This document shows, in pieces, positions 1 to 9,559 of a stretch of DNA of 64,000 nt (positions within the stretch are counted from its first letter, which is position 1; each line of letters begins with the position of its first letter). The translations under genes were made by a program, and so were the position numbers. The notes below the pieces were generated by a model. That model saw nothing but the letters and a program-made list of their open reading frames with translations, was not told where the DNA came from and did not search any database. This DNA is from Anaerolineaceae bacterium (GTDB taxonomy: Bacteria > Chloroflexota > Anaerolineae > Anaerolineales > Anaerolineaceae), in contig JAFGLU010000067.1 in assembly GCA_016927865.1 (NCBI GenBank), positions 1,900-65,899 of the forward strand. Reading direction: 5' to 3'.

Positions 1-1
1 G

Positions 2-127
2 ATCAGCGCCTTTCCCTCCACCTTCTTTGTCGATCAGGAAGGTGTCATTCGCAAAGTTGTCATCGGCGCGGTGAGCGAGCCTCTGCTGCGCAGCCAGGTG
101 GAAGAAATGCTAGGCGGGGAGGACTGA
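2..127 (+). CDS. C-terminal fragment of a TlpA/ResA-like thiol-disulfide oxidoreductase (5' truncated by window edge)
   Basis: Frame 2 reads ISAFPSTFFVDQEGVIRKVVIGAVSEPLLRSQVEEMLGGED*. The cis-Pro 'P-S-T-F-F-V-D-x-x-G-V-I' segment is typical of TlpA C-termini. Confidence 0.75.
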   Translation: MSAFPSTFFVDQEGVIRKVVIGAVSEPLLRSQVEEMLGGED

Positions 128-128
128 C

Positions 129-938
129 ATGCTGCCATTGTTCTCCATCGGCCCGCTCTCCATCCGCCTCCCCGAACTGTTCATCCTGTTCGGCTTCTGG
201 ATCGGCCTGGAGCAAGCTCGAAAATACGCTCCCAAACAGCGTCTCAACCCTAATGATCTGTTCAACCTGGTGATGGTTTCCTTGATCGCCGGGGTGGCCG
301 GAGCGCGCCTGTCCTACGCTTTCACCCACCTCAGCGCGTTTGCCGGTCGCCCGCTGGGAATTTTTACCATCTCCCTCGACATGCTGGATCTCTCCGGCGG
401 CCTGTTGTTTGCCGGGTTGGCAGCCCTCATCTACGGCAAGATGCTCGGCATGAGCTTCTGGCCCACACTGGACGTGCTCACCGTAGGGTTGGCCGTCTTT
501 GGCGTGGCTCTGGGCCTGTCCCACTTCTCCTCGGGTGATGCCTTCGGAGCGCCCACCGACTTGCCCTGGGGCATCGAGCTATGGGGCGCACGCCGCCACC
601 CCACCCAAATCTACGAAACGCTGCTGGCCTGGCTGGTGGCTCTGGCGGTTTGGCCGCGCGCCAACGACCTGGTTGCACGCTTCTTCCATTCGGCCCCAGG
701 AAGCCGCTTCTGGTTCTTCGTAGCCGGCTCCGCTGCCGCGCGGCTGTTCGTGGAAGGCTTCCGCGGCGACAGTTCCCTGCTCCTCGAGCGCATCCGCCAG
801 CCGCAAATCGCCGCCTGGATCATTCTGGCCATTGCGCTCTGGCAGCTCGCCCGCCGCCTGCCGCAGCCGCCCCCCAAACCCAAGCCCATCCCGCCGGAAG
901 ACTTACCTCACGCCTCGCCATTTATCCAGGGCGATTAA
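129..938 (+). CDS. Prolipoprotein diacylglyceryl transferase (Lgt) family membrane protein, divergent
   Basis: Multi-TM with GARLSY, PTDLPWG, RHPTQIYE and RLFVEGFRGD motifs. Several catalytic signature residues appear substituted. Confidence 0.8.
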   Translation: MLPLFSIGPLSIRLPELFILFGFWIGLEQARKYAPKQRLNPNDLFNLVMVSLIAGVAGARLSYAFTHLSAFAGRPLGIFTISLDMLDLSGGLLFAGLAALIYGKMLGMSFWPTLDVLTVGLAVFGVALGLSHFSSGDAFGAPTDLPWGIELWGARRHPTQIYETLLAWLVALAVWPRANDLVARFFHSAPGSRFWFFVAGSAAARLFVEGFRGDSSLLLERIRQPQIAAWIILAIALWQLARRLPQPPPKPKPIPPEDLPHASPFIQGD

Positions 939-1951
939 TTCTTTCTCTTCAACAACATCCCTGTCAACTCTCCCAGCGGCGCACGCGCAGCTTCATCCGG
1001 CACGGCCAGCATCAGCGATTCCAAGGCCTGGGCGGTGATGCGTTCCGCTTCCGCCAGGGTGAACTGCTGTGCGCCAGAGGCGTTCAACAGCCCCACCACC
1101 TCCCCCACCTCTTCTGGCTTCACCGGCCCGGCTGCCCAACGTTGGAAAAACGCTCCCCGCTGCCCAAGCGCATATAGCACCGGCAGCGACTTCTTCCCCG
1201 AAACAAGGTCGCTGTCGGTGGACTTTCCCGTCAGGGCTGCGTCGCCCCAAATCCCCAGCCAATCATCCAACACCTGAAAAGCCAGTCCCAGTGCGTACCC
1301 AAAGGCGCGGAAATGCTCTCTGCGCTGCGCAGACGCCCCCCCAACCAGCGCCCCCAGTTCGGCGCAGCAAGCCAGCAGCGCCGAGGTCTTTCCACCGATC
1401 ATCGGCCAGTAATCTTCCAGGCTCAAATCGTCTTGCGTTTCATAACTCAAATCCAAAAACTGTCCTTCCGTCAGGCGCAAGCAAGTCTGTTGCAGCGCTT
1501 GCTCCGCTTCCAGAACGGTTTCTGTTGGAACGCCCTCGCGCCGCAGATTTTGCATGGACGAAAACGCCTGGGTAAACATCACATCCCCGGCGTTAATGGC
1601 TTGCGCCATGCCCCACTTAACCCACACGGTTGGCCGATTGCGACGCAGCGGGCTCTGGTCTTGAATATCATCGTGGATCAGCGAAAAGTTGTGGATCAGT
1701 TCCACCGCCGCTGCGGCAGGCAGCGCAGTGCGCCAGTCTGCCCCGCTGGCCTGAGCACACAGCAGCACCAGCAGAGGCCGAATGCGTTTGCCCTGTGCCT
1801 CCGCTCCGGCCCCTTCGCCTTCCCAGCCCATGTGGTAAGCCAGCATCCCTCGCAGCCGGGAATAACGATCTGAGGTTGTGCACTGCACAACTTCCTTCAA
1901 CTCCTCTTCAATCGCCGGGAGCATTGATTCCATCGTCTGCTTAAGCGTCAT
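935..1951 (-). CDS. Polyprenyl diphosphate synthase (GGPP synthase-like)
   Basis: [34 protein letters not shown] and FQVLDD motifs. Confidence 0.93.
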   Translation of the reverse strand: MTLKQTMESMLPAIEEELKEVVQCTTSDRYSRLRGMLAYHMGWEGEGAGAEAQGKRIRPLLVLLCAQASGADWRTALPAAAAVELIHNFSLIHDDIQDQSPLRRNRPTVWVKWGMAQAINAGDVMFTQAFSSMQNLRREGVPTETVLEAEQALQQTCLRLTEGQFLDLSYETQDDLSLEDYWPMIGGKTSALLACCAELGALVGGASAQRREHFRAFGYALGLAFQVLDDWLGIWGDAALTGKSTDSDLVSGKKSLPVLYALGQRGAFFQRWAAGPVKPEEVGEVVGLLNASGAQQFTLAEAERITAQALESLMLAVPDEAARAPLGELTGMLLKRKN

Positions 1952-2996
1952 AGCTTATTTTCCCCTCATCTTTGACCAGGCTGACCGCCTGGAGAGTCTT
2001 GATATCCGTCGCGCCAACCCCGAACATGCAAATACGGATTTGCGCGCTAATCTCTTCAATCATTTCCGTCACATCTTCCATCGAGCGCACGGCAGCCTTC
2101 AAAAACACCCCCGCCATGCCCCCTAGCGTGGCCCCCAAGGCAATGCACTTAGCAATATCCACACCGTTGCGCAGCCCGCCCGAAGCGAAAACAGGCAGAT
2201 CTGGCGCCGCCTGGCGAATCATTTGAATCGAGTCAGCCGTGGGAATGCCCCAACCACGGAAGGCCTCTGCCACCCGCCCCAGGCTGGAGTCCCCGATCCG
2301 ATAGCGCTCCACCTGCGACCAGGAGGTCCCCCCTGCCCCGGCAGCATCGATGGCGGCTACGCCAGCATCTGCCAGCAAGCGCGCCGTTCGGCCTGAAATA
2401 CCCCACCCCACCTCTTTTACGATCACCGGCACAGGCAGCGCCTTGCACACCGCTTCGATTTTTCGCGCCAGCCCCGAAAAGCGCGTATTTCCTTCTGGCT
2501 GAACGGCTTCTTGAATGGAATTGAGGTGCAGCACCAGCGCGTCCGCTTCAATCATCTCCACAGCTCGCCGGCAGTGATCGATCGAATAGCCATAATTTAA
2601 CTGCACCGCCCCCAGGTTGCCAAAGAGGAGAATATCTGGGGCATAGTGCCGTACGCGGAACGACTCAGCCAGACTCTGGTCCTCCAGCGCGGCGCGCTGC
2701 GAGCCCACCCCCATCGCCACACCGCTCATCTGTGCTGCCTCAGCCAGCACAGCATTCACTCGTTCGGCCTGTTTGGTGCCACCGGTCATTGCTGATATCA
2801 GCACAGGCGCGGCTAGCTTTTTCCCAAACAAAACCTGCGTAAGGTTCACCGCCTCCAGGTCTATCTCCGGTAGCGCCTCGTGAACAAAGCGGTACTGATC
2901 CAGACCGGTGGTCAAGGTTGACCTTACATCTTCTTCCAGGTTGATGCGGATATGGTCGGCCTTCCGCGAAGCAGTTGGGCGGTGTGATTCCGGCAT
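1941..2996 (-). CDS. fni: Type 2 isopentenyl-diphosphate delta-isomerase (FMN-dependent)
   Basis: RKADHI, ISAMTGG, GVGSQR, HLNSIQE, KEVGWG, GGTSW and SGGLRNG motifs. Confidence 0.96.
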   Translation of the reverse strand: MPESHRPTASRKADHIRINLEEDVRSTLTTGLDQYRFVHEALPEIDLEAVNLTQVLFGKKLAAPVLISAMTGGTKQAERVNAVLAEAAQMSGVAMGVGSQRAALEDQSLAESFRVRHYAPDILLFGNLGAVQLNYGYSIDHCRRAVEMIEADALVLHLNSIQEAVQPEGNTRFSGLARKIEAVCKALPVPVIVKEVGWGISGRTARLLADAGVAAIDAAGAGGTSWSQVERYRIGDSSLGRVAEAFRGWGIPTADSIQMIRQAAPDLPVFASGGLRNGVDIAKCIALGATLGGMAGVFLKAAVRSMEDVTEMIEEISAQIRICMFGVGATDIKTLQAVSLVKDEGKISYDA

Positions 2997-3056
2997 ATGG
3001 TTTTTCTCTTTTTCCAGCGCACCCTTTCACAACAGGTGGGGTTTGCTAGTATGAAG

Positions 3057-3134
3057 GTGACTTCTCAGAGGGCGGAGTAAGCCCCAAAAACGCCTCGAAT
3101 TCAGGCATTTTCCACCTCTGACTGGACAGCTCAC
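3057..3134. repeat. Degenerate copy of the GTAACTACTCAG...CTGAGTAGTTAC intergenic element
   Basis: gtgacttctcagagggcggagtaagccc matches the reverse complement of 37569-37596. The right half resembles 55759-55799. Confidence 0.6.
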
Positions 3135-3166
3135 ATGAAGTATACCAAATTGGCCCATTGTTAGCC

Positions 3167-3194
3167 TTGACAGAAAATCCAGGCTACATACAAT
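3167..3194 (+). promoter_or_regulatory. Sigma70-type promoter of acpP
   Basis: TTGACA (3167) - 16 nt - TACAAT (3189), with AGGAGG RBS before ATG 3271. Confidence 0.7.
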
Positions 3195-3270
3195 TCATTA
3201 GAACCATCCGTTCAAATTATCCGACACGGATGGGACGAAAGATTTAGCATCACCCCGCAGGAGGTTTGGA

Positions 3271-3507
3271 ATGAGCGAAACGCTTACTGAAGTCAAGGCC
3301 GTAATCACCGAGGTATTGAAGATCGACGGTGAGGGCATCGATATGGACACCCGCTTTGTTGAAGATTTGAAAGCCGACTCCATGGACCAATTCTTCTTGA
3401 TCGATGGATTCTGTGAAAAGTTCAACACCAATATCGGTGACGAAGATGCTCGCGGTATCAAGACGGTTGGTGACGTCGTCCGCTACATCGACACCCGCAA
3501 GGGCTAA
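3271..3507 (+). CDS. acpP: Acyl carrier protein
   Basis: 78 aa, acidic, EDLKADSMD phosphopantetheine site, IKTVGDVVRYI C-terminus. Confidence 0.9.
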   Translation: MSETLTEVKAVITEVLKIDGEGIDMDTRFVEDLKADSMDQFFLIDGFCEKFNTNIGDEDARGIKTVGDVVRYIDTRKG

Positions 3508-3526
3508 ATCCCTTCGATTGAAACTA

Positions 3527-3583
3527 AAAACACCGCTGCAAGTAAGGCGCTTTCTCAGCGCGCCCTATTTGCAGCGGTGTTTT
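3527..3583. terminator. Bidirectional terminator hairpin between convergent acpP and sucD
   Basis: aaaacaccgctgcaa...ttgcagcggtgtttt inverted repeat. Confidence 0.75.
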
Positions 3584-3641
3584 CCATTTTTAAGCGGTAA
3601 TTATTGACAAACCCTCTTTCACCTCTAGACGGGTAGGTGCT

Positions 3642-4505
3642 TTAACGCAGCAGCGAGGGGATCTCTTCCGGGTGACGAGCCACCCGCACCCCTGCTCCTT
3701 CCAGCGCGCGGATCTTGCCTTCCGCCTGCCCCGACGAGCCTTCGATGATCGCTCCGGCATGGCCCATGCGCTTGCCTGCGGGGGCCGACTGACCGGCGAT
3801 GAACCCCACCACCGGTTTGGTCATTTTGCTAGAAATGAAATCCGCAGCGCGTTCCTCGTCCGACCCGCCGATTTCACCGATCATCACCACCTGTTCGGTG
3901 CGCGGGTCTGACTCAAACATATCCAGCACATCGATGAAATTCGTGCCGTTCACCGGGTCACCGCCAATCCCCACACAGGTGCTGGCGCCTTTACCTGCCG
4001 CGCGCAGCGCATACAGCACTTCGTAGGTCAACGTGCCCGAACGCGAAACAATCCCGATGTTCCCCGGCACAGCAATATTGTTGGGGATAATACCCACCTT
4101 GCACTCGCCTGGCGTCAACATTCCGGGGCAGTTCGGTCCAACCAGGCGCACCTTCTTTTGGTCAATGTAGGTGCGCACCCGCATCATATCCTGCACCGGC
4201 ACGCCCTCGGTAATACATACGATCAGCCCCACTCCCGCATCAGCAGCCTCCAAAATGGCGTCAGCGGCAAAACGCGCCGGGACAAAGATCACGCTGGTGT
4301 TGGCGCCGGTGGTTTCCACCGCGGTCTTCACCGTATCGAAAACCGGGATCTTCCCATCCAGCACCCATTCGCCGCCCTTCCCCGGTGTCACCCCTGCCAC
4401 CACATTGGTTCCGTAAGCCGCCATCTGGGTGGTGTGAAACAAACCTTCGTTACCAGTAATGCCCTGCACCAACAGGCGCGTATTTCTGTTGATTAAGATG
4501 CTCAT
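3642..4505 (-). CDS. sucD: Succinyl-CoA synthetase alpha subunit
   Basis: [28 protein letters not shown] and RMGHAGA (phospho-His) motifs. Confidence 0.97.
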   Translation of the reverse strand: MSILINRNTRLLVQGITGNEGLFHTTQMAAYGTNVVAGVTPGKGGEWVLDGKIPVFDTVKTAVETTGANTSVIFVPARFAADAILEAADAGVGLIVCITEGVPVQDMMRVRTYIDQKKVRLVGPNCPGMLTPGECKVGIIPNNIAVPGNIGIVSRSGTLTYEVLYALRAAGKGASTCVGIGGDPVNGTNFIDVLDMFESDPRTEQVVMIGEIGGSDEERAADFISSKMTKPVVGFIAGQSAPAGKRMGHAGAIIEGSSGQAEGKIRALEGAGVRVARHPEEIPSLLR

Positions 4506-4507
4506 GA

Positions 4508-5644
4508 TCAGGCCCCTTTCGCAATCGCGACCGCTTTCTGCGCCGCCTCGAGCAGCGTTTCCGCAGTGGCCATGTTGGCTTCAGCCAGCAGGCGGCGTCC
4601 TTCTTCGGCGTTGGTGCCCACCAGCCGCACAACCATCGGCACCTGAGTGTTCACCTCTTTCAGCGCTGTCAGAATTCCACGCGCCACTTCGTCGCAGCGG
4701 GTAATTCCACCAAAGATATTGAAAAGTACAGCCTTCACTTTGCTGTCTGCCAGGATAATGCGCAGCGCCGCAGCCACTTTTTCTGCGCTGGCGCCACCAC
4801 CAATATCCAGGAAGTTGGCCGGTTCGCCGCCACTGAGTTTGATGATATCCATCGTAGCCATCGCCAGCCCGGCCCCATTGACCATGCAGCCAATCTCGCC
4901 GTCCAGGCTGATGTAGGAGAGGCCGTATTTACGCGCCTCAACTTCTGCCTCATCCTCCACATCCATGTCCCGCATCTCGTTCAGCTCAGGATGCCGGGGC
5001 AGCGCATTGTCATCCACCACCATCTTGCCGTCCAGCGCCAGCAAGCGCTGTTCGTTGGTAATTACCAGCGGGTTGATCTCCGCCAGGGTAGCATCACAGG
5101 CCACGTAGGCATTCCACAACCCGGCCGCAACGTCGCTGAACGAGCGCCACAAATTACGGGGCAGGTCAATTGCCAATGCCAAATCACGCGCCTGATACTC
5201 GCGCAGGCCCAGCAGCGGGTCGATGTGTACCTTGACAATCTTTTCGGGGGTGCGCGCAGCTACTTCCTCAATATCCACGCCGCCGGCCGAAGACGCCATG
5301 ATCACCGGCTTGCGGGCCGTGCGGTCATTGGTAATCCCCAAATAGATCTCTTTGGTGATGCTGACCGCCTCATCCACCAAAATCTTGCGCACCGGTAGGC
5401 CTTTCAACTCCATTCCCAAAATGTGGGTAGCCAGTTCTTCGGCCTCTTTGGCGGTCTTCGCCAGGCGAATCCCGCCAGCCTTGCCGCGCCCGCCCACCAA
5501 CACCTGCGCCTTGATCACAACCCGGTTGCCCAGCTCTTCAGCCAGGTGCTTCACCTCACCGGCGGTGGTCACCACCCGCCCGCGCGGAATTGACACGCCG
5601 TACTTCGCGAAGATTTGCTTAGATTGATACTCGTGAAGTTTCAT
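4508..5644 (-). CDS. sucC: Succinyl-CoA synthetase beta subunit
   Basis: Start refined to [42 protein letters not shown] and [10 protein letters not shown] motifs. Confidence 0.97.
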   Translation of the reverse strand: MKLHEYQSKQIFAKYGVSIPRGRVVTTAGEVKHLAEELGNRVVIKAQVLVGGRGKAGGIRLAKTAKEAEELATHILGMELKGLPVRKILVDEAVSITKEIYLGITNDRTARKPVIMASSAGGVDIEEVAARTPEKIVKVHIDPLLGLREYQARDLALAIDLPRNLWRSFSDVAAGLWNAYVACDATLAEINPLVITNEQRLLALDGKMVVDDNALPRHPELNEMRDMDVEDEAEVEARKYGLSYISLDGEIGCMVNGAGLAMATMDIIKLSGGEPANFLDIGGGASAEKVAAALRIILADSKVKAVLFNIFGGITRCDEVARGILTALKEVNTQVPMVVRLVGTNAEEGRRLLAEANMATAETLLEAAQKAVAIAKGA

Positions 5645-5870
5645 ACCTTTCCCCAAAATTAGATAGCTCGTACCTTTCAACAGATAGGAAAACACCCGAA
5701 TCCGGGAATCTACAGGCAGGCTTTCACCTGTAAACGCCGCAAACCCGGGAGTGTGTCCTTACCGGCTGAGTGGTTTGTCTCATTCCATATTATTTATAAC
5801 ATAGAATCAAATGCGAAGCGAATTCGTGGAATTTCCAATATCTCCCTTTCTTCACCCACTAAATAGTTAG

Positions 5871-5918
5871 CACAAACAGATCAATGCGGCGCATACGCGC
5901 CGCATTGATCTGTTTGTG
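5871..5918. terminator. 22-bp perfect-stem hairpin (terminator/REP-like), related to 60910-60955
   Basis: cacaaacagatcaatgcggcgc-atac-gcgccgcattgatctgtttgtg, directly downstream of the SPFH gene. Confidence 0.7.
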
Positions 5919-5937
5919 GACTTAAGTTGACAGGCCG

Positions 5938-7011
5938 TTAACCCTTCAGGAAGGATTCCAGCGCCTCTTTGCTGATGCGGAAAGCGCTGCCGATCTTGCG
6001 CGCTTTCAGGTCGCCGGCGGTAATAGCGGCCAGCACATCTTCTTCCGAAACGCGCAGGATACCCGCCGCCTCAGAGGGTGTCATCACGTCGGGAATGCCA
6101 GCGCTGGCAGCGCCTGCAGCTCCCGCCCCAGCGGCAACCGCGCCACCCATCTGGGATTGCTGAGCAGCCCCGCCACCCTGTAGGGTGTTGGTGAGAATGT
6201 TGCCAATTCCCAAACCAGCCCCAATGCCAGCCGTCAATCCGGCGCCGCCACCTTGGTTCTGGGCCGCGTCGCGCATCGCGTCTGCCGCCTGCAGTTGGGT
6301 GTAGGTCGTGGTATCGAGCATACCCATCTGGCGCAATTCCTCAGCCGACTTCTCAGAGGGCTTGAGGTTGCCGATGTAGAAACTCTTGAGCAACAAACCG
6401 AGCGCTGCGAAGTCGTCCTGGGCTTTAGCCCGCACGCCCGCGCCAATCTCCTCGGTCAAGCCGATGAGCGCCGCGACGCTGTTCTTTACAGCCGTTTCAG
6501 CCAGCAAATCCTGCAGCTTCGAGAGCAGCATGACCCGCAAGCGATTCTCGATATCCGAGGTGCGATACATTCCCTGAGCGCCCACAATCTGAGTCACAAA
6601 CTGCTGCGCATCTTTAATCTGGAAGCTGTAGCTACCGTAACCTTGCAACAGCGCCACGCCCAAACCCATGCCGGGGTTCGAAACCAGGATCGGCTGCGGG
6701 GTGCCCCATTTTCGATCGGCGAATTCACGCATCGAAACGTAATACACCTCTGCCGTGAAAGGCGTGCGGTTGTCAAAGGCCTTGCCAAGGAAATCAGTCA
6801 ACACCGGTACATTGGCTGTGCTAATGGTGTGGCGTCCCGGACCAAGCACATCCAACGCATGTCCATCGCGGAAAAACACCGCGCGTTGGGACTCGCGCAC
6901 AATCACCTGCGAACCAAAGCGAAGATCAGCCACCCCTTGTTCAGGGAAGCGGTGGACCAACTCCTCTGCCATCTCGCTGGGATATTCAACGACATCAAAA
7001 ATTCTAGCCAT
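5938..7011 (-). CDS. SPFH/band-7 domain protein (YdjI-like) with C-terminal excisionase-type helix-turn-helix
   Basis: GSQVIVRESQRAVFFRDG...LGPGRHT...PFTAEVYYV...KWGTPQP SPFH segment, a Gly-rich linker, then MTPSEAAGILRVSEEDV...GDLKARKIGSAFRI HTH. Confidence 0.85.
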   Translation of the reverse strand: MARIFDVVEYPSEMAEELVHRFPEQGVADLRFGSQVIVRESQRAVFFRDGHALDVLGPGRHTISTANVPVLTDFLGKAFDNRTPFTAEVYYVSMREFADRKWGTPQPILVSNPGMGLGVALLQGYGSYSFQIKDAQQFVTQIVGAQGMYRTSDIENRLRVMLLSKLQDLLAETAVKNSVAALIGLTEEIGAGVRAKAQDDFAALGLLLKSFYIGNLKPSEKSAEELRQMGMLDTTTYTQLQAADAMRDAAQNQGGGAGLTAGIGAGLGIGNILTNTLQGGGAAQQSQMGGAVAAGAGAAGAASAGIPDVMTPSEAAGILRVSEEDVLAAITAGDLKARKIGSAFRISKEALESFLKG

Positions 7012-7039
7012 AGTATCCTCTTTCCATCATCGCCAAAGA

Positions 7040-7585
7040 TTACTGTTGGGGTTGTTGATCTTGCTGCTGCCCACTGTTAAGAATGACCTCGGCGCGCTTG
7101 TCGAACGCATCCAGGCAGACCTGGGCTTGTTTGGTCAGGTGGCGAATGGCCGCAACCAACCCGTCGGTGCCAAAAGAAGCCTCGACATTGTCAATCGAGC
7201 GCTCAACTTCATCGCCGCCTTCCAACAACGCCAGGTCGTATTGGTAAAGCTGCGCCAACTCTTCCGAGTTGACCTTTACCGCATCAAAGAATCCGGCATA
7301 CCCATAGCTGGCGGTGCGGATTCGGTCGGTGAACTGGCGAATCTTCAAAGCCGCAGCTTCCAAGTCATCAATCAAACGGATCTCGCCCTGGCTGATCAGA
7401 TCCCGTTGCAAACCAGAAATCCGCTGCCCCAAGGCCTCAAAGCGATTAGCGATCGTCTCGCGCAGTAATTTATCTGCCGACCGCCGGTTCGTCCGGTCGA
7501 AATATCCGCTGAAACCGGGGATTTTCCCCAAAATTTTTCGGAAGAAATCTTGATCTTCCAAAACACGTCCGAGAATGTCACTCAT
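7040..7585 (-). CDS. Conserved hypothetical alpha-helical protein, co-transcribed with the SPFH-HTH gene
   Basis: AGGAGG RBS before MSDILGRV. KIPGFSGY...RRSADKLLR and ASYGYAGFFD segments look like a real conserved protein. Confidence 0.75.
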   Translation of the reverse strand: MSDILGRVLEDQDFFRKILGKIPGFSGYFDRTNRRSADKLLRETIANRFEALGQRISGLQRDLISQGEIRLIDDLEAAALKIRQFTDRIRTASYGYAGFFDAVKVNSEELAQLYQYDLALLEGGDEVERSIDNVEASFGTDGLVAAIRHLTKQAQVCLDAFDKRAEVILNSGQQQDQQPQQ

Positions 7586-7806
7586 TGCGCCTCCTAATAG
7601 TGGCCGGATCATTATCCAATTTTGTCTAGCAGATCACAAATAGCTCACCCAGCAGTATGCATATTTTGATCCTGTGTTGATTATAGTCAAATTTGCATCA
7701 AGGAACAATACAGGCGCCCTGATAAATGTCAATGTTCTATCAAGATTGCGTATCAACACATTGGGCACCTTCCACAGCAACTCCTAGAGAGCCAATTTTT
7801 CGCCTA

Positions 7807-7896
7807 TTCTTGTAAGGTTCTTGTAATGTATCACCCTATTGTATTCAAATTGAGATTGGCTATAATAAAATCAAGTTCAATCGAGAACTTGATTTT
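7807..7896 (+). promoter_or_regulatory. flp promoter with upstream direct repeats and downstream palindromic operator
   Basis: TTCTTGTAA twice with 11-bp period (7807, 7818). TTGTAT-16-TATAAT (7839/7861). AAAATCAAGTTC-N6-GAACTTGATTTT (7867-7896). Confidence 0.6.
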
Positions 7897-7919
7897 GCGA
7901 AAGGAAGGAGGTGAAAAAC

Positions 7920-8066
7920 ATGTTATTCGCTCCGAAAGAAAAAGGTCAGGGTTTGGTTGAGTACGCGCTGATTCTTGTTTTAGTTGCTGTAGTCGTTATC
8001 GTTATTCTTGCGTTGCTCGGCCCCGCCATTGGCAACATCTTCAGCAATGTCGTAGAACAGATCTAA
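7920..8066 (+). CDS. flp: Flp family type IVb pilin (48 aa; absent from ORF track)
   Basis: MLFAPKEKG^QGLVEYALILVLVAVVVIVILALLGPAIGNIFSNVVEQI*. G|XXXXEY Flp motif, strong AGGAGGTG RBS, upstream of the cpa/tad genes. Confidence 0.95.
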   Translation: MLFAPKEKGQGLVEYALILVLVAVVVIVILALLGPAIGNIFSNVVEQI

Positions 8067-8092
8067 GCAGATCACATTTCTTGTACGATAAA

Positions 8093-8127
8093 GCCAAAAA
8101 AGGCTCTGCTTGCAGGGCCTTTTTTGG
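8093..8127 (+). terminator. Intrinsic terminator after flp
   Basis: ccaaaaaaggctctgc-tt-gcagggcctttttttgg-type stem with T tract. Confidence 0.75.
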
Positions 8128-8320
8128 TGGCACAAAAATAGTTCGTTGGGAACCTACCACGGCAACTCCCAAAGAGGCACAAAAATTGCTATCGATTTTG
8201 ATAGATTATCATCAAATTGGCATCATTTTTTATGGGTAACTTGAAAATTAGCGTATAATTAAACAAATGTATAGTAAGTCTACATTTCAATTCGCATACT
8301 TTCTAACGTAGGAGGCTCAC

Positions 8321-9484
8321 ATGGCCACAGGTGGGAAACGCCGAGGGAGAGCGTTCATCGCTGTTGCAGCAATTCTGCTGCTGGTGCTGGCATTGGTGTT
8401 TATCGCTACTCGTTTCTTGGGTGGTGGAGGTTTGGCAGGACTCATCCCGGGAGCTGCCCCAGTACAAACAACACCAGAAGCGACGCCGGTCCCTGAAGTG
8501 AAGATGGTGAACATCGTCATCGCCACGCAGAAAATTTCGCGCGGCACGGAAATTACCGAGCAGTATGTCGCGGAAGTTCCTTTCCCCGAAGAGCAGTTCG
8601 TTGAAGGAAGCTTCATCCAAAGCATCGAGCAGGTGATTGGCAAGCGCGCCAAACTCGACGTGGACGCGCAAACGCCCATCACCGAAGGTTTGCTGGTGGA
8701 TCCGAACTTGTCCAATTCGCCCCTCGCCTTCCAAATACCGCGCGGGCAAGTTGCCATCCCCATCCCGGTCAGCAAACTTTCGGCCGTGGCCTATGGTTTG
8801 ACCGCCGGGGACCATGTCAACGTCATCGTGACCCTCATGATGGTTGACCTGGATGCGGGCTTCCAGTCCAAACTGCCCAACACCACCGGATTGGTCGTTT
8901 CTCCGGGGCCGGTTGCAGAAGAGGGTCCGGTCGCGGCTTCAGCCGCCATCACCCTCAGTGAAGGCAGCATTGCCGGACGCATCGAACTCGACCCGGTACT
9001 CAATCAAGCCATCTACGTGGTTCCCAACGAAGCTCAGCGCCCACGCCTGGTCAGCCAGACCTTGATCCAGGATGCCATCGTCCTCCAGGTAGGCGACTTC
9101 TCTCAGGAAGTCGAAGAGCCAATTGTCGCTGCCGAAGAAGCTGCTGCCGCTGAAGAAGCCGCTCCCGCCGAAGAAGCTGCTCCCGCCGAGCCCGTACTGC
9201 CAGATACCGTCACCTTGATCGTCAACCCTCAAGACGCCGTCACGCTCAACTACCTCATTCTCTCCGGCGCCAAATTGAATCTGGTGATGCGCGGTGCGGG
9301 CGATATTGATCGCATTGCTACTGAAGCCGTGACCTTACAGTACATTCTGGATTACTACGGCATCCCGAACCCGGCCAAGCTGCCCTACGGTTTGGAGCCT
9401 CGCCTCGACACATTAGGCGGCGCAACCAATTCGGTCAGCCCCTTCCCGTCCATCCAGGCGCCTACACCTCCGCCCGCTCAATAA
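8321..9484 (+). CDS. cpaB: Flp pilus assembly protein CpaB/RcpC
   Basis: N-terminal TM, SAF-like VIATQKISRGTEI, IPRGQVAIPIPV, GDHVNVI and TVTLIVNPQDA motifs; tad context. Confidence 0.88.
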   Translation: MATGGKRRGRAFIAVAAILLLVLALVFIATRFLGGGGLAGLIPGAAPVQTTPEATPVPEVKMVNIVIATQKISRGTEITEQYVAEVPFPEEQFVEGSFIQSIEQVIGKRAKLDVDAQTPITEGLLVDPNLSNSPLAFQIPRGQVAIPIPVSKLSAVAYGLTAGDHVNVIVTLMMVDLDAGFQSKLPNTTGLVVSPGPVAEEGPVAASAAITLSEGSIAGRIELDPVLNQAIYVVPNEAQRPRLVSQTLIQDAIVLQVGDFSQEVEEPIVAAEEAAAAEEAAPAEEAAPAEPVLPDTVTLIVNPQDAVTLNYLILSGAKLNLVMRGAGDIDRIATEAVTLQYILDYYGIPNPAKLPYGLEPRLDTLGGATNSVSPFPSIQAPTPPPAQ

Positions 9485-9559
9485 TCAAACATACCCTGGT
9501 GGATGACTGGTTCACCCACCAGGGTATCTCAATTTAATCGAGAGACTTTTGGAGTTTTT

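Noticed and set aside
5938-6100. Excisionase suggesting a prophage or ICE
   Set aside because: The HTH is fused to an SPFH protein, and no integrase, att site or phage genes are nearby.
7620-8320. Possible c-di-GMP riboswitch or sRNA around flp
   Set aside because: No GEMM-type consensus could be identified by eye; only promoter, operator and terminator motifs are supported.
9128-9190. 18-nt tandem repeats in cpaB (AEEAAP)n
   Set aside because: An in-frame low-complexity acidic linker, not a separate element.
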